Origin: a virus
Taxonomy: Duplodnaviria; Caudoviricetes
Reading direction: 5' to 3' (one strand)
Length of the DNA stretch: 63,613 bases
IMG/VR virus record: IMGVR_UViG_3300044638_006592
Span: 1 to 63,613 of that record
Part shown: in pieces, positions 9,997 to 18,123 of the stretch
How positions within the stretch are numbered: the first letter of the stretch is position 1
Layout of the letters: the number at the start of each line of letters is the position of its first letter
Position numbers and translations under genes: made by a program
Notes under the pieces: model-generated
The model's database searches: none
The model's input: only the letters and a program-made list of their open reading frames with translations
What the model was told of the DNA's origin: nothing

Positions 9997-11568
9997 ATGA
10001 AAAAAATAAATAGTACTTATGTTGACAGTCTTATCTCAAAGGTTTTAAATGAAACTTTGGAAGAAAAAGCGGATAAATTAGTTTCTAAACTTAAAGGTGA
10101 CATAAAAGAATTAGGTGGTATGGATGATTCTCATCCAACTTTTGGTAAGTTAAATTTTGCCAATATGACAGATGAAGAGATTGAAGATTTAATGAAAAAA
10201 ACTTTACCATCAGGATTTGATAAAGAAAAAGATGAAGAAATGACTGAAGGAATGGACGGAGAATGTTCAGAGTGTGGTGGAATGATGAGAGAAGGTGAAT
10301 GTTCAGAATGTGGATATAATAATGAAAGTATCTATCATAGAAGTGAAGATGATTTACCTCCAACTATTGAAGATGTTGAGGAAGATATCTATAATGTTTC
10401 TAAAGGATTTCCTAAAACAAAATCAGGAAAACCCGCAACACAAGAATTTGATTATGTTGGTGAAGAAATGAGTGAAGAATCTGAAGAAGATATGGAAAAT
10501 GATGAATTTTGTAAGTATCAATTAGATAATTTCGGGCCGGATGATGAAAGATTCAAAGAAAAGTGTAAAACTATGTCTGAGTCTTTAAAAGGTGGTCAGA
10601 AAAAACTTGACAAGAATAAAAATGGTAAAATAGATGCTGAAGATTTTAAATTATTAAGAAAAAATAAGAAAAAAAATGGAGAAACGGATGAACAATGGCA
10701 AGCTTTAGCTGCGGATATGGCGGTTGCTGCGGCACCCGCGGTTGCTACTTGGGCTTTAGATAAAGCGTTTGGTGAAAGTAATGAAAGTAAGAAAAAATTT
10801 CCAGATTTAAGTGGTGATGGTAAAGTAACACGTAAAGATGTTCTATTAGGACGTGGTGTAAAATTAAAAGATAAAGGAAAGGGTAAAGTTAGTGAATCTT
10901 TAACTATGACCGAAGATGAATTGGTTGATTTAATTGAGAAAATTATCAAAGAACAAAAAGCTGGTTTGAAAACCATTGGAAAACCAAAAGGTTTAACTAA
11001 GTACGAACAAGTACACAAAGCTGATGGTAAAGAAAACCAAGAGTATTTGAAATCAGTTGCTAAAAAAATGAAAGAATATTTGAAAGATGGTTCTAAAGGT
11101 GAATATGAAACAAATCCAAAACATTTTCCAAAAGGTAATGGTGAGTTAGGTGAAATGAAAAAGAAGGCATATAAAGCATCTGATGCGGTTAAAGACTATG
11201 TTGATAATTTCACTGCGGCTGGTTTAGAGAACCTTAACTACGATGAAATTGAACCAAATGAAGATTGGGTATCAGACAATGTTAAAGGTTCATCAAGAAC
11301 AGGTAACAATCAAAAATGGGGAAACGCTGTTGAGACAGATGTTAATAAGAAAAGAGATGAAATAAGAAAGAAGAACTTATTAGGTCAAATTAAGAAAAAA
11401 GCTTATAACAAAGCTACTCAACCAATATCAAGAGATAAAGCTGGTGAAAATGAAGGTGATAAAATCATGGCTAAATTAGAATCAGTTGAACCTAAAACTG
11501 AAAAGAAATTAAATGAAGAATTTGACAAGATGAAACATTTAATTACTTACAATCAGAAGACACAATAA
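9997..11568 (+). CDS. Acidic modular protein with EF-hand-like loops; putative internal head protein
   Basis: LDKNKNGKIDAEDF and PDLSGDGKVTRKDV; ECSECG twice; ATATTTAT upstream. Confidence 0.55.
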   Translation: MKKINSTYVDSLISKVLNETLEEKADKLVSKLKGDIKELGGMDDSHPTFGKLNFANMTDEEIEDLMKKTLPSGFDKEKDEEMTEGMDGECSECGGMMREGECSECGYNNESIYHRSEDDLPPTIEDVEEDIYNVSKGFPKTKSGKPATQEFDYVGEEMSEESEEDMENDEFCKYQLDNFGPDDERFKEKCKTMSESLKGGQKKLDKNKNGKIDAEDFKLLRKNKKKNGETDEQWQALAADMAVAAAPAVATWALDKAFGESNESKKKFPDLSGDGKVTRKDVLLGRGVKLKDKGKGKVSESLTMTEDELVDLIEKIIKEQKAGLKTIGKPKGLTKYEQVHKADGKENQEYLKSVAKKMKEYLKDGSKGEYETNPKHFPKGNGELGEMKKKAYKASDAVKDYVDNFTAAGLENLNYDEIEPNEDWVSDNVKGSSRTGNNQKWGNAVETDVNKKRDEIRKKNLLGQIKKKAYNKATQPISRDKAGENEGDKIMAKLESVEPKTEKKLNEEFDKMKHLITYNQKTQ

Positions 11569-11615
11569 TTCACATTTTAATTATCGTTATTATATTTTCT
11601 CCATAAGCAAAACTT

Positions 11616-12083
11616 ATGGAGAATTTTTTTGATTATATATCAAAACCAATGAAACCTGATGACGTAGATATTTGGTTAAGGGTTAATAATATCGTACCTG
11701 AAAAATTAGAACTATTTTCTGATTTCGCACACTCACTTAATATCATTATTATTGAAACATATTTGGGTGAACCACCACCTTCAAATGAAACAAAAATAAC
11801 CATTACAGATGAAGATAATGACAAACATTTTGAATGGTGTTGGAACAAAATCGTAATAGGATTTTCAAAAGAAAATATAATATTTGAATCCAAAGGAGAC
11901 CATTATGATTATTTTAAGACTTTTTTTGATGATATTTTTTATAATCAAAAAGAAGAGAAAGTTAGGAAATCAATTGGTCATTTTTTTAATGATTTGTTTG
12001 ATATGAAAAAATCATTCACAAAATCAGATTTGGATATGATTGTTACAATATATAAGTTACTTGAAAAGAATATGAAAAAGTAA
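11616..12083 (+). CDS. Hypothetical protein
   Basis: 155 aa ORF. Confidence 0.55.
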   Translation: MENFFDYISKPMKPDDVDIWLRVNNIVPEKLELFSDFAHSLNIIIIETYLGEPPPSNETKITITDEDNDKHFEWCWNKIVIGFSKENIIFESKGDHYDYFKTFFDDIFYNQKEEKVRKSIGHFFNDLFDMKKSFTKSDLDMIVTIYKLLEKNMKK

Positions 12084-12161
12084 AAAAATCCTCATTATTA
12101 TTTACAATAGGGGAAAAAACCCTAAGTTTTGTATAATAAATAAACTAAAAAAAAACGAAAA

Positions 12162-12347
12162 ATGGAAACATTAGAAAAAATCAAAGCGTTGACTGAAGAA
12201 CTATCTACCGAAACAACAAAGTTCTTTCAGAAAGGTAATAAAAGTGCCGGAACAAGAGCGAGACAAGTATCTCAACAATTAAAAGCGTTGTTACAAACCT
12301 TACGTGAAGAAATCTTAGAAGAAAGAAAGAAAACTGATAATGAATAA
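12162..12347 (+). CDS. Histone H1-like (Hc1 family) small DNA-binding protein
   Basis: KGNKSAGTRAR motif typical of Hc1-like proteins. Confidence 0.75.
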   Translation: METLEKIKALTEELSTETTKFFQKGNKSAGTRARQVSQQLKALLQTLREEILEERKKTDNE

Positions 12348-12528
12348 TATTGAAAGTATTTTTTTATTTATATTTATATTTTCACTTTTGAACATTATCA
12401 GAGTGGTAGTTTCATTTATAAGTGCCCTATACCAAACAACCCCACAAAGGTTTATGTTAGATGATAGGGCACTTATAATCTTAGGATTATCCATATCCTA
12501 CGCAATAACCTATATTATTAAATCTTAA
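12340..12528 (+). CDS. Small two-TM membrane protein
   Basis: Two hydrophobic segments. Confidence 0.55.
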   Translation: MNNIESIFLFIFIFSLLNIIRVVVSFISALYQTTPQRFMLDDRALIILGLSISYAITYIIKS

Positions 12529-12530
12529 AC

Positions 12531-12956
12531 ATGAGTTTATATAAAGAATTTTCAGAATTATTACCATATCTACAATCGGTTAGAAAACTAAAAAACTATT
12601 TGAGTTTTGATGTACATATCCCAAACACTTGGAAATTACCAAAACGTTTTGTGGAAGAAGATAAGGTTATGGAACAAGAATCTTCCGAACCTAATCAAAG
12701 ACTTATTTCATTTGTAACCCAGATTACTGAAGAGGGGGTTGAAAAAACTTCAATAAATATTAGAGGTATTATCAAGTACAATTTAGAAAGAGAAGAAAAA
12801 GAAAGACTATTTGATGATAAAGTTAAAGAACTTAAAGATATGTTTGAAAAACAGAATCTACAAAGTTTACAATCATTAAAATTTCAAATAAAACCTAGTA
12901 AAATTACCTTAGAAGATGGAGAAGAATCAAAAACTCCTAAAGTGGTTGGAGAATGA
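12531..12956 (+). CDS. Hypothetical protein
   Basis: 141 aa ORF in operon. Confidence 0.55.
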   Translation: MSLYKEFSELLPYLQSVRKLKNYLSFDVHIPNTWKLPKRFVEEDKVMEQESSEPNQRLISFVTQITEEGVEKTSINIRGIIKYNLEREEKERLFDDKVKELKDMFEKQNLQSLQSLKFQIKPSKITLEDGEESKTPKVVGE

Positions 12957-13101
12957 ACAACTGAAGGATAAGAATGAATTAGATATTGAAAAACGAAATC
13001 TTATTAATCAATTAAAAAGATTAAAAAAAGAAGACGTTTTACCTGAAAAACCAAAAAATTTAACATTATGGCAGAGAATAAAGAAAGTATTGATGGGATA
13101 A
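12916..13101 (+). CDS. Hypothetical protein
   Basis: Overlapping operonic ORF. Confidence 0.5.
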   Translation: MEKNQKLLKWLENEQLKDKNELDIEKRNLINQLKRLKKEDVLPEKPKNLTLWQRIKKVLMG

Positions 13102-13331
13102 TTGAAAAGTTAGCATTGATAACTGACGCTTCACAAAGTTTATTCACTGATGGTAAAATGGTTATTGTTTTTGAACTTAAATTAAAGGATTTTAAGAGGG
13201 TTCAAAATAATTTCAGACAAATAGACCACGGACACAAACAATTCAAAATTGACATATCTGGAACAGAATTCATCTTTATTTTGGATGAGTTGTTGAAAGA
13301 CGAAAAAGATACTTCTTCGGAAACCCCTTAG
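13068..13331 (+). CDS. Hypothetical protein
   Basis: Overlapping operonic ORF. Confidence 0.5.
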   Translation: MAENKESIDGIIEKLALITDASQSLFTDGKMVIVFELKLKDFKRVQNNFRQIDHGHKQFKIDISGTEFIFILDELLKDEKDTSSETP

Positions 13332-13926
13332 TAATTAATATTTCATAAAGATATTTTCTTTGAGCTGTTGAAATATCTTTCACAAAAATACAATCCATTC
13401 TTTTTTCTTTTATAAATAACTCTGAAAGGGTATCAATAAACCTTTCGGAGTCTTCATTATTTTTAAATGTAAATAAATTAAATGAATCGTCATTTTGAAG
13501 GACAATTTTATTATTAAGTTTAGATAACATCTTCAAACCATCTTTAGATAGATACTTTTTTATAAATGTTTTGGTGTTAATTTTTTTCTTTGTTTCATAA
13601 TCCAAAAACTCTTCTTCAATTCTATACTTACAAATTCTTGATATTTTAAACTCGGTATTCTCCAATTCAATCTTAACCTGTCTCCCAAACTCATCACGAA
13701 TAAACATAGGTTGAGAAGGACCATAATTAACCTCAACAATACCCAATTCATAATCACAAAGTGAACCATTTTCAAACTTCATTTCAAAAATTACCTGTTC
13801 ACTCTCACCTGATAAGGTATTAAAAAGTTTTAATGCCCGTTTTTCGGTGATAAATTTATTGATTATTTTCTTTTTTTCCTTATTCTTGAATAGAATTATT
13901 CTGTAATTATATTCTAACATATTCAT
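13276..13926 (-). CDS. Hypothetical protein
   Basis: 216 aa ORF. Confidence 0.6.
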   Translation of the reverse strand: MNMLEYNYRIILFKNKEKKKIINKFITEKRALKLFNTLSGESEQVIFEMKFENGSLCDYELGIVEVNYGPSQPMFIRDEFGRQVKIELENTEFKISRICKYRIEEEFLDYETKKKINTKTFIKKYLSKDGLKMLSKLNNKIVLQNDDSFNLFTFKNNEDSERFIDTLSELFIKEKRMDCIFVKDISTAQRKYLYEILITKGFPKKYLFRLSTTHPK

Positions 13927-13954
13927 AAATTACAACATAAATGTAAAATTGTAA

Positions 13955-14884
13955 ATGAACACTGAAAATTTATATGATGCCCTTGGAGTTTCAGAAACCG
14001 CAACCCAAGATGAAATAAAGAAGGCTTACCGAAAATTGGTGATTGAACATCATCCTGATAAGGGTGGTGATGAAAGTAAATTTAAAAAAATCGCTCATTC
14101 TTATGATACTTTAGGTGACCCCAATAAACGAGCACAATATGACAACCAAAGAAAGAATCCATTTGGAAACCAAAACGGAGGGTTTAACCCATTTGAAGAC
14201 TTCTTTAATGGTGGTGGATTCTATAATCAAAGAAAAAGAAGTGCTCCTGAAAAAGTAATTGACCTTACAATTGGTGTGATTGAATCATATAAATCTGTTA
14301 ACAAAACTATAACATATAGAAGAAATATTGAATGTAATACTTGTCATGGTAGTGGTGGAGATAGAAAAACATGTGATACTTGTAAAGGTGAAGGATTCTC
14401 AACAGTAAGAGTTGGAACTGGAATGTTTGTACAACTTATGAGACAAGTATGTAATACATGTAGAGGAAATGGTTATGTATTAACAAAAAAATGTACGACC
14501 TGTGATGGAAATACCACAAAAAATGTTACAGAAACAATCGATATCAAATTACCACATGGAGTTGATGAAGGTCAATTCTATAGACTTGAAGGAAAAGGTG
14601 ATTTCTCAAAAGGTATGTATGGTGATTTAATACTAAGAATTAAAATAGCTCCACAAGATAACTTCGAGAAATTAAATAATGATTTAGTGTATAACGCTTA
14701 TCTAGGTTTTGATGACCTTCAAAAAGATTCATTGGAAATACCACATCCATCAGGAACAGTTTCCGTTAAATTACCAAAAGAATTTGATTCCTCAAAACCA
14801 CTTAGAGTTAAAGGAAAAGGATTTAGTACCAACGGAGTTGGGGATATGTTTATTAAACTTATTGTTAAGTTCAATAGGAATTAA
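13955..14884 (+). CDS. dnaJ: DnaJ chaperone
   Basis: J domain with HPD, G/F-rich linker, four CxxCxGxG-type repeats, C-terminal domain. Confidence 0.95.
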   Translation: MNTENLYDALGVSETATQDEIKKAYRKLVIEHHPDKGGDESKFKKIAHSYDTLGDPNKRAQYDNQRKNPFGNQNGGFNPFEDFFNGGGFYNQRKRSAPEKVIDLTIGVIESYKSVNKTITYRRNIECNTCHGSGGDRKTCDTCKGEGFSTVRVGTGMFVQLMRQVCNTCRGNGYVLTKKCTTCDGNTTKNVTETIDIKLPHGVDEGQFYRLEGKGDFSKGMYGDLILRIKIAPQDNFEKLNNDLVYNAYLGFDDLQKDSLEIPHPSGTVSVKLPKEFDSSKPLRVKGKGFSTNGVGDMFIKLIVKFNRN

Positions 14885-15045
14885 AATAGCTGTTTAAACA
14901 GTTGAATTGTTCCGTATATTGAAGAAAAGAGAATGTAGAACGATACAACTACATAAACCCACTGAAGAGAGGATAAACCCTTATTTTTACATTTTGAACA
15001 ACCTTCAGTTTCTTTTAATATTGTGTTTTTGTCAAATTCTTTCAT
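14881..15045 (-). CDS. Small CxxC membrane protein
   Basis: Likely start MKEFDK; GCSKC then a TM helix. Confidence 0.45.
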   Translation of the reverse strand: MKEFDKNTILKETEGCSKCKNKGLSSLQWVYVVVSFYILFSSIYGTIQLFKQLF

Positions 15046-15049
15046 AGTG

Positions 15050-15553
15050 TTAAAATTTATAATAATACACAAATTTACCATTAATTTCTTCAAAAGTAAA
15101 GTCGGACATGTCAGATTCAATAATTTGGGTATCACCTGATGTATCAACAACAATCATATTATGTTTTAGTGTATTGAACAATTTACCTGGGTGTCTTATC
15201 GATGTATTTAAAGTCAAAACCAATTCATTATTTTTTGTTCTATTCAACCAAAAGTGATAATCAAAATTATCGATATTATCCCTAATAATTAGTGCACATT
15301 CCTTCATTTTTGGGTCGGGATTACATCTATTCAATATTTTGTTTGATTGATTGAATACAACATCTTTAATCTCATCTAAAGAGTTAACCACCTCGTCATT
15401 AAAAATCCTTTGGAATCCAAGTTTACCCTGATTATCCTGAGAATGTTTATTATAAACAACTTTAACCTTTTGACCCGAATATGAAATATATTTCTTCAAT
15501 AGGGTCGAAAATTGTTCAACAATGATGTATTTTAGAGTTTCGACTAGTTTCAT
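15050..15553 (-). CDS. Hypothetical protein with N-terminal IIVE motif
   Basis: MKLVETLKYIIVEQ; ATATTTAT upstream on the minus strand. Confidence 0.6.
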   Translation of the reverse strand: MKLVETLKYIIVEQFSTLLKKYISYSGQKVKVVYNKHSQDNQGKLGFQRIFNDEVVNSLDEIKDVVFNQSNKILNRCNPDPKMKECALIIRDNIDNFDYHFWLNRTKNNELVLTLNTSIRHPGKLFNTLKHNMIVVDTSGDTQIIESDMSDFTFEEINGKFVYYYKF

Positions 15554-15596
15554 TGTAGATAAATATCTTTATAATTGAAACTATTATGGTTTAATA

Positions 15597-16148
15597 TTAT
15601 TGTTTTGGTGTATACTCCCTCAATTTGTCGGTATCTTCCAACAGGTATGGTGTTGGATAAAAGAGACCCAAAGGTGTATACTCACTCAATTTGTCGGTCT
15701 CTTCCAACTTATCCATCAATTCTACTGCTCGAGGTTGAGGTGTATACTCCCTCAATTTGTCGGTCTCTTCCAACAAACTATCGTCATTGATGCAGGTCAT
15801 GGCGGGTTTATACTCCCTCAATTTGTCGGTCTCTTCCAACTGGCGTGAAGTTGGCACATTGTCCATCATTGGTGTATACTCCCTCAATTTTTCGGTCTCT
15901 TCCAACCATATATTCATAATTGATTGAATTTCAGTGTACTCCATACCAAAAAATGACTCAAAAAATGACCAAATTTGATTATAATCAATCCAAAATTTCT
16001 TAGTTTTTAAATCTTGGTTAATTACAAAAATATCACCTTTTTTATAAAATATAGAATTTGGATAATAATCATGTTTGTACATTTTCATTTTATCCAAGTT
16101 AAAATTATCATTTAACCACTTTAACTTAATCTTTGTTAATTTATCCAT
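15597..16148 (-). CDS. Small phage protein (paralog of 31698..32048) whose C-terminus reads through a CRISPR-like array
   Basis: Shared YPxSIFY...QDLKxKxF...IWxFFESFFGMxY...IWLEET; then LEETDKLREYTP five times at 22 aa period. Confidence 0.75.
   Translation of the reverse strand: MDKLTKIKLKWLNDNFNLDKMKMYKHDYYPNSIFYKKGDIFVINQDLKTKKFWIDYNQIWSFFESFFGMEYTEIQSIMNIWLEETEKLREYTPMMDNVPTSRQLEETDKLREYKPAMTCINDDSLLEETDKLREYTPQPRAVELMDKLEETDKLSEYTPLGLFYPTPYLLEDTDKLREYTPKQ
15607..15906 (-). CRISPR. CRISPR-like mini-array 1: 5 x 36 bp repeats, 4 x 30 bp spacers, no cas genes in window
   Basis: Repeat GTTGGAAGAGACCGACAAATTGAGGGAGTATACACC (minus strand) at 15607-15642, 15673-15708, 15739-15774, 15805-15840, 15871-15906; spacers unique and exactly 30 nt. 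Confidence 0.8.
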
Positions 16149-16170
16149 ATATTAATTTTTATATAAAATA

Positions 16171-16198
16171 TCAAACCCCCCAATTAAGGAGGGTTTGA
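16171..16198. terminator. Rho-independent terminator-like hairpin
   Basis: TCAAACCCCCC-AATTAA-GGAGGGTTTGA. Confidence 0.6.
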
Positions 16199-16375
16199 TT
16201 TTCACCATTAAGGTTGAGGTATTTCTACCCGAATCGAAACTCCCGATTCTTGGAGGTTGGGTTTTCTTCCCCAGGATTTCCCGACATTCCTTTTCACCAT
16301 TAAGGTTGAGGTGTTTCTACCCGAATCGATACCCCCGATTCTTGGAGGTTGGGTTTAAGGATTTCCCAACATTCC
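16199..16375 (-). ncRNA. Tandem pair of ~90 nt GC-rich structured repeats; putative small RNA
   Basis: Copies at 16199-16290 and 16291-16375; GAATCG/CGATTC stem conserved while loops vary; bracketed by a promoter and a terminator. Confidence 0.5.
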
Positions 16376-16386
16376 CGTTTGATGAT

Positions 16387-16419
16387 ACAAAGATAAGCCA
16401 ATTTTTTGAATTTACAAAA
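16387..16419 (-). promoter_or_regulatory. Bacteroidota sigma70-type promoter
   Basis: Minus strand TTTTGTAAATTCAAAAAATTGGCTTATCTTTG fits -33 TTTG / -7 TAnnTTTG. Confidence 0.65.
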
Positions 16420-16438
16420 CATTTATCAAAAAAAAATT

Positions 16439-16535
16439 TAGTCAGGACAGGATTCGAACCTGTTCCACGGCAAGTGATTGGTACTGACCTTTCGGTTACT
16501 CCCATTTCCGCCCGCTACCATTACGGCACCTGACT
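16439..16535 (-). tRNA. tRNA-like RNA or pseudo-tRNA; no assignable anticodon
   Basis: Acceptor AGTCAGG/CCTGACT, D-loop-like AATGGTA, perfect T arm ACAGG-TTCGAAT-CCTGT; central region long and non-canonical. Confidence 0.6.
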
Positions 16536-16540
16536 AATAA

Positions 16541-16993
16541 TTATTCATCAAAATCGTAATTCAGTTGTATAAACTCTTCAAAATCTAGTTCATATTCTTC
16601 ACAAATATCTTTAATTTGATTTATTTTTGTTAATATTTTGACAATAGCTTGATTTAATTTTTTAACATGTTCTACTAGATTATCAATTTCACCTTCTATT
16701 GAATCACAATGTTCACATTCATTATCCCAATCTTGGTGGAAAAATGAATCACCATAATTATCAATTTTAGAAAATAACTGCAATACAACATGATTATCTT
16801 TTTCATCATCAAGGTTATATTCTACTTGAATGAATCCTGATGTTGATGATATGAATAGTTCATAAAAACATCCTTTTGAATCTGAATCTTCAATATTATA
16901 TCTTATTTTTAATTCTTTAAGATAGTTTTCAATTATTTCCCTAACATTGTCTTTTGTTATTTCCATATTATTCTGATTTAAAATCACGTTCAA
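16541..16993 (-). CDS. Hypothetical acidic protein
   Basis: ORF; real start probably MEITKD near 16966. Confidence 0.55.
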   Translation of the reverse strand: MNVILNQNNMEITKDNVREIIENYLKELKIRYNIEDSDSKGCFYELFISSTSGFIQVEYNLDDEKDNHVVLQLFSKIDNYGDSFFHQDWDNECEHCDSIEGEIDNLVEHVKKLNQAIVKILTKINQIKDICEEYELDFEEFIQLNYDFDE

Positions 16994-17198
16994 TTTTTTC
17001 TCTAATAGCTTGTACTATAAATTCACCTACTTCATCTTGAAATTTATCTGATTCTTTTAGTGTAGGGAATTCATTTTGTAATCTACCCCATCCTCTAATT
17101 TCGGCAACTAATTGATTTCCGCCATCTTGTTCTTTATTCCAGATGTGTGTACCATATTCATCATAGTAAACATCTGATAACCATTTTTCTATTGTCAT
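16968..17198 (-). CDS. Hypothetical protein
   Basis: Start MTIEKW follows the upstream stop; VAEIRGWG motif. Confidence 0.55.
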   Translation of the reverse strand: MTIEKWLSDVYYDEYGTHIWNKEQDGGNQLVAEIRGWGRLQNEFPTLKESDKFQDEVGEFIVQAIREKIERDFKSE

Positions 17199-17199
17199 A

Positions 17200-17460
17200 T
17201 TATTTCTTTTTAAATTGTTCAAACCATTCTTTAGGGCTGAGAGGACTTTTATATCTATTGTCATTGCTAAAACTCCAACAATAATCAGCGTACTCATTCA
17301 TATCTTCTTCACTATAACTTTTTTCTTTTTGCCATTTAGAACCTTTAATAAAAGCATTTCTTTCATATGAATTACTATCGTGTTGACCTTCCATAATTGA
17401 TTCCCAATTCTCAGGGTATAATCTTTCAGCGGCTTCTTCAAGTGTTTCCTTATCTTTCAT
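17200..17460 (-). CDS. Small phage protein, LEEAA...KWQ...EQFKKK family
   Basis: Start MKDKETLEEAA; paralog of 17462..17692. Confidence 0.6.
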   Translation of the reverse strand: MKDKETLEEAAERLYPENWESIMEGQHDSNSYERNAFIKGSKWQKEKSYSEEDMNEYADYCWSFSNDNRYKSPLSPKEWFEQFKKK

Positions 17461-17461
17461 A

Positions 17462-17692
17462 TTATTTCTTTTTAAATTGTTCAATAAAATCTCTAAACTG
17501 TGCTTGTGGATTTCTATTCCAATCGTGTTCATTAACCAAAATGTGCATTTCAAGTTCTTCAATAATATTTTCTTGTTGCCATTTAGCACCATATTTAAAA
17601 CATCTATTTGCTAAATGATTTGGATTAGTAAGTTGTGAAAAATCATGAGATAATACAAATTCTTTAGCCGCTTCTTCTAATTCTGTTTTCAT
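17462..17692 (-). CDS. Small phage protein, LEEAA...KWQ...EQFKKK family
   Basis: MKTELEEAA...GAKWQQE...EQFKKK; TATCTTTG promoter upstream. Confidence 0.6.
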   Translation of the reverse strand: MKTELEEAAKEFVLSHDFSQLTNPNHLANRCFKYGAKWQQENIIEELEMHILVNEHDWNRNPQAQFRDFIEQFKKK

Positions 17693-17821
17693 ATCGATAA
17701 TATCATTAATTAGAATACAAAGATACTATTTTTTTCCGAAACAACAAAACTTTATAAAAAAATAATGTTAAAAGTTGACATTAGACGCACTTTTCCTATA
17801 CTTACGATATATTTATATTAT

Positions 17822-17989
17822 ATGGCAATCAAAGGAAAACCTTACAAAGACGAAAAAGATAAAAAAGTTAAATACGGAATCAGTATTGACAGACATCTAT
17901 TTGAACGAATGAAAAAAGAAGAAGTCAGCGTTTCCAAGTTTATACAGAATCTGGTGAAAGAGTATTATGAGAAAGTATCAAGTAAATGA
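17822..17989 (+). CDS. Small ribbon-helix-helix-like DNA-binding protein
   Basis: KVKYGISIDRHLFERMKKEEVSVSKFIQNLV; likely start MAIKGK. Confidence 0.5.
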   Translation: MAIKGKPYKDEKDKKVKYGISIDRHLFERMKKEEVSVSKFIQNLVKEYYEKVSSK

Positions 17990-18062
17990 AAAATTTTTTG
18001 ATGAATTAAATGAGAAATCAACATACTGGTTAGGATTTTTATATGCAGATGGGTATATGTGA
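17967..18062 (+). pseudogene. Truncated LAGLIDADG homing endonuclease remnant
   Basis: MRKYQVNEKFFDELNEKSTYWLGFLYADGYM then stop; only the first LAGLIDADG helix remains. Confidence 0.7.
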
Positions 18063-18123
18063 ATTATTGGTTGATTAAATAAAAATAAAAACTTAAACTT
18101 ATAAAAAAATAAAATTAATAATT

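Noticed and set aside
15575-15848. Plus-strand ORFs 15575..15790 and 15600..15848
   Set aside because: By-products of the 66 bp periodicity; the minus-strand frame has a paralog and these do not
15732-16314. 12 nt match AGGTTGAGGTGT between an array 1 spacer/repeat junction and the tandem ncRNA repeat, suggesting a tracrRNA or self-target
   Set aside because: Short, straddles a spacer-repeat boundary, and there is no extended anti-repeat
16195-16533. ORFs 16195..16533 (+) and 16317..16505 (-)
   Set aside because: They overlap the tRNA-like gene, promoter and repeats; atypical composition
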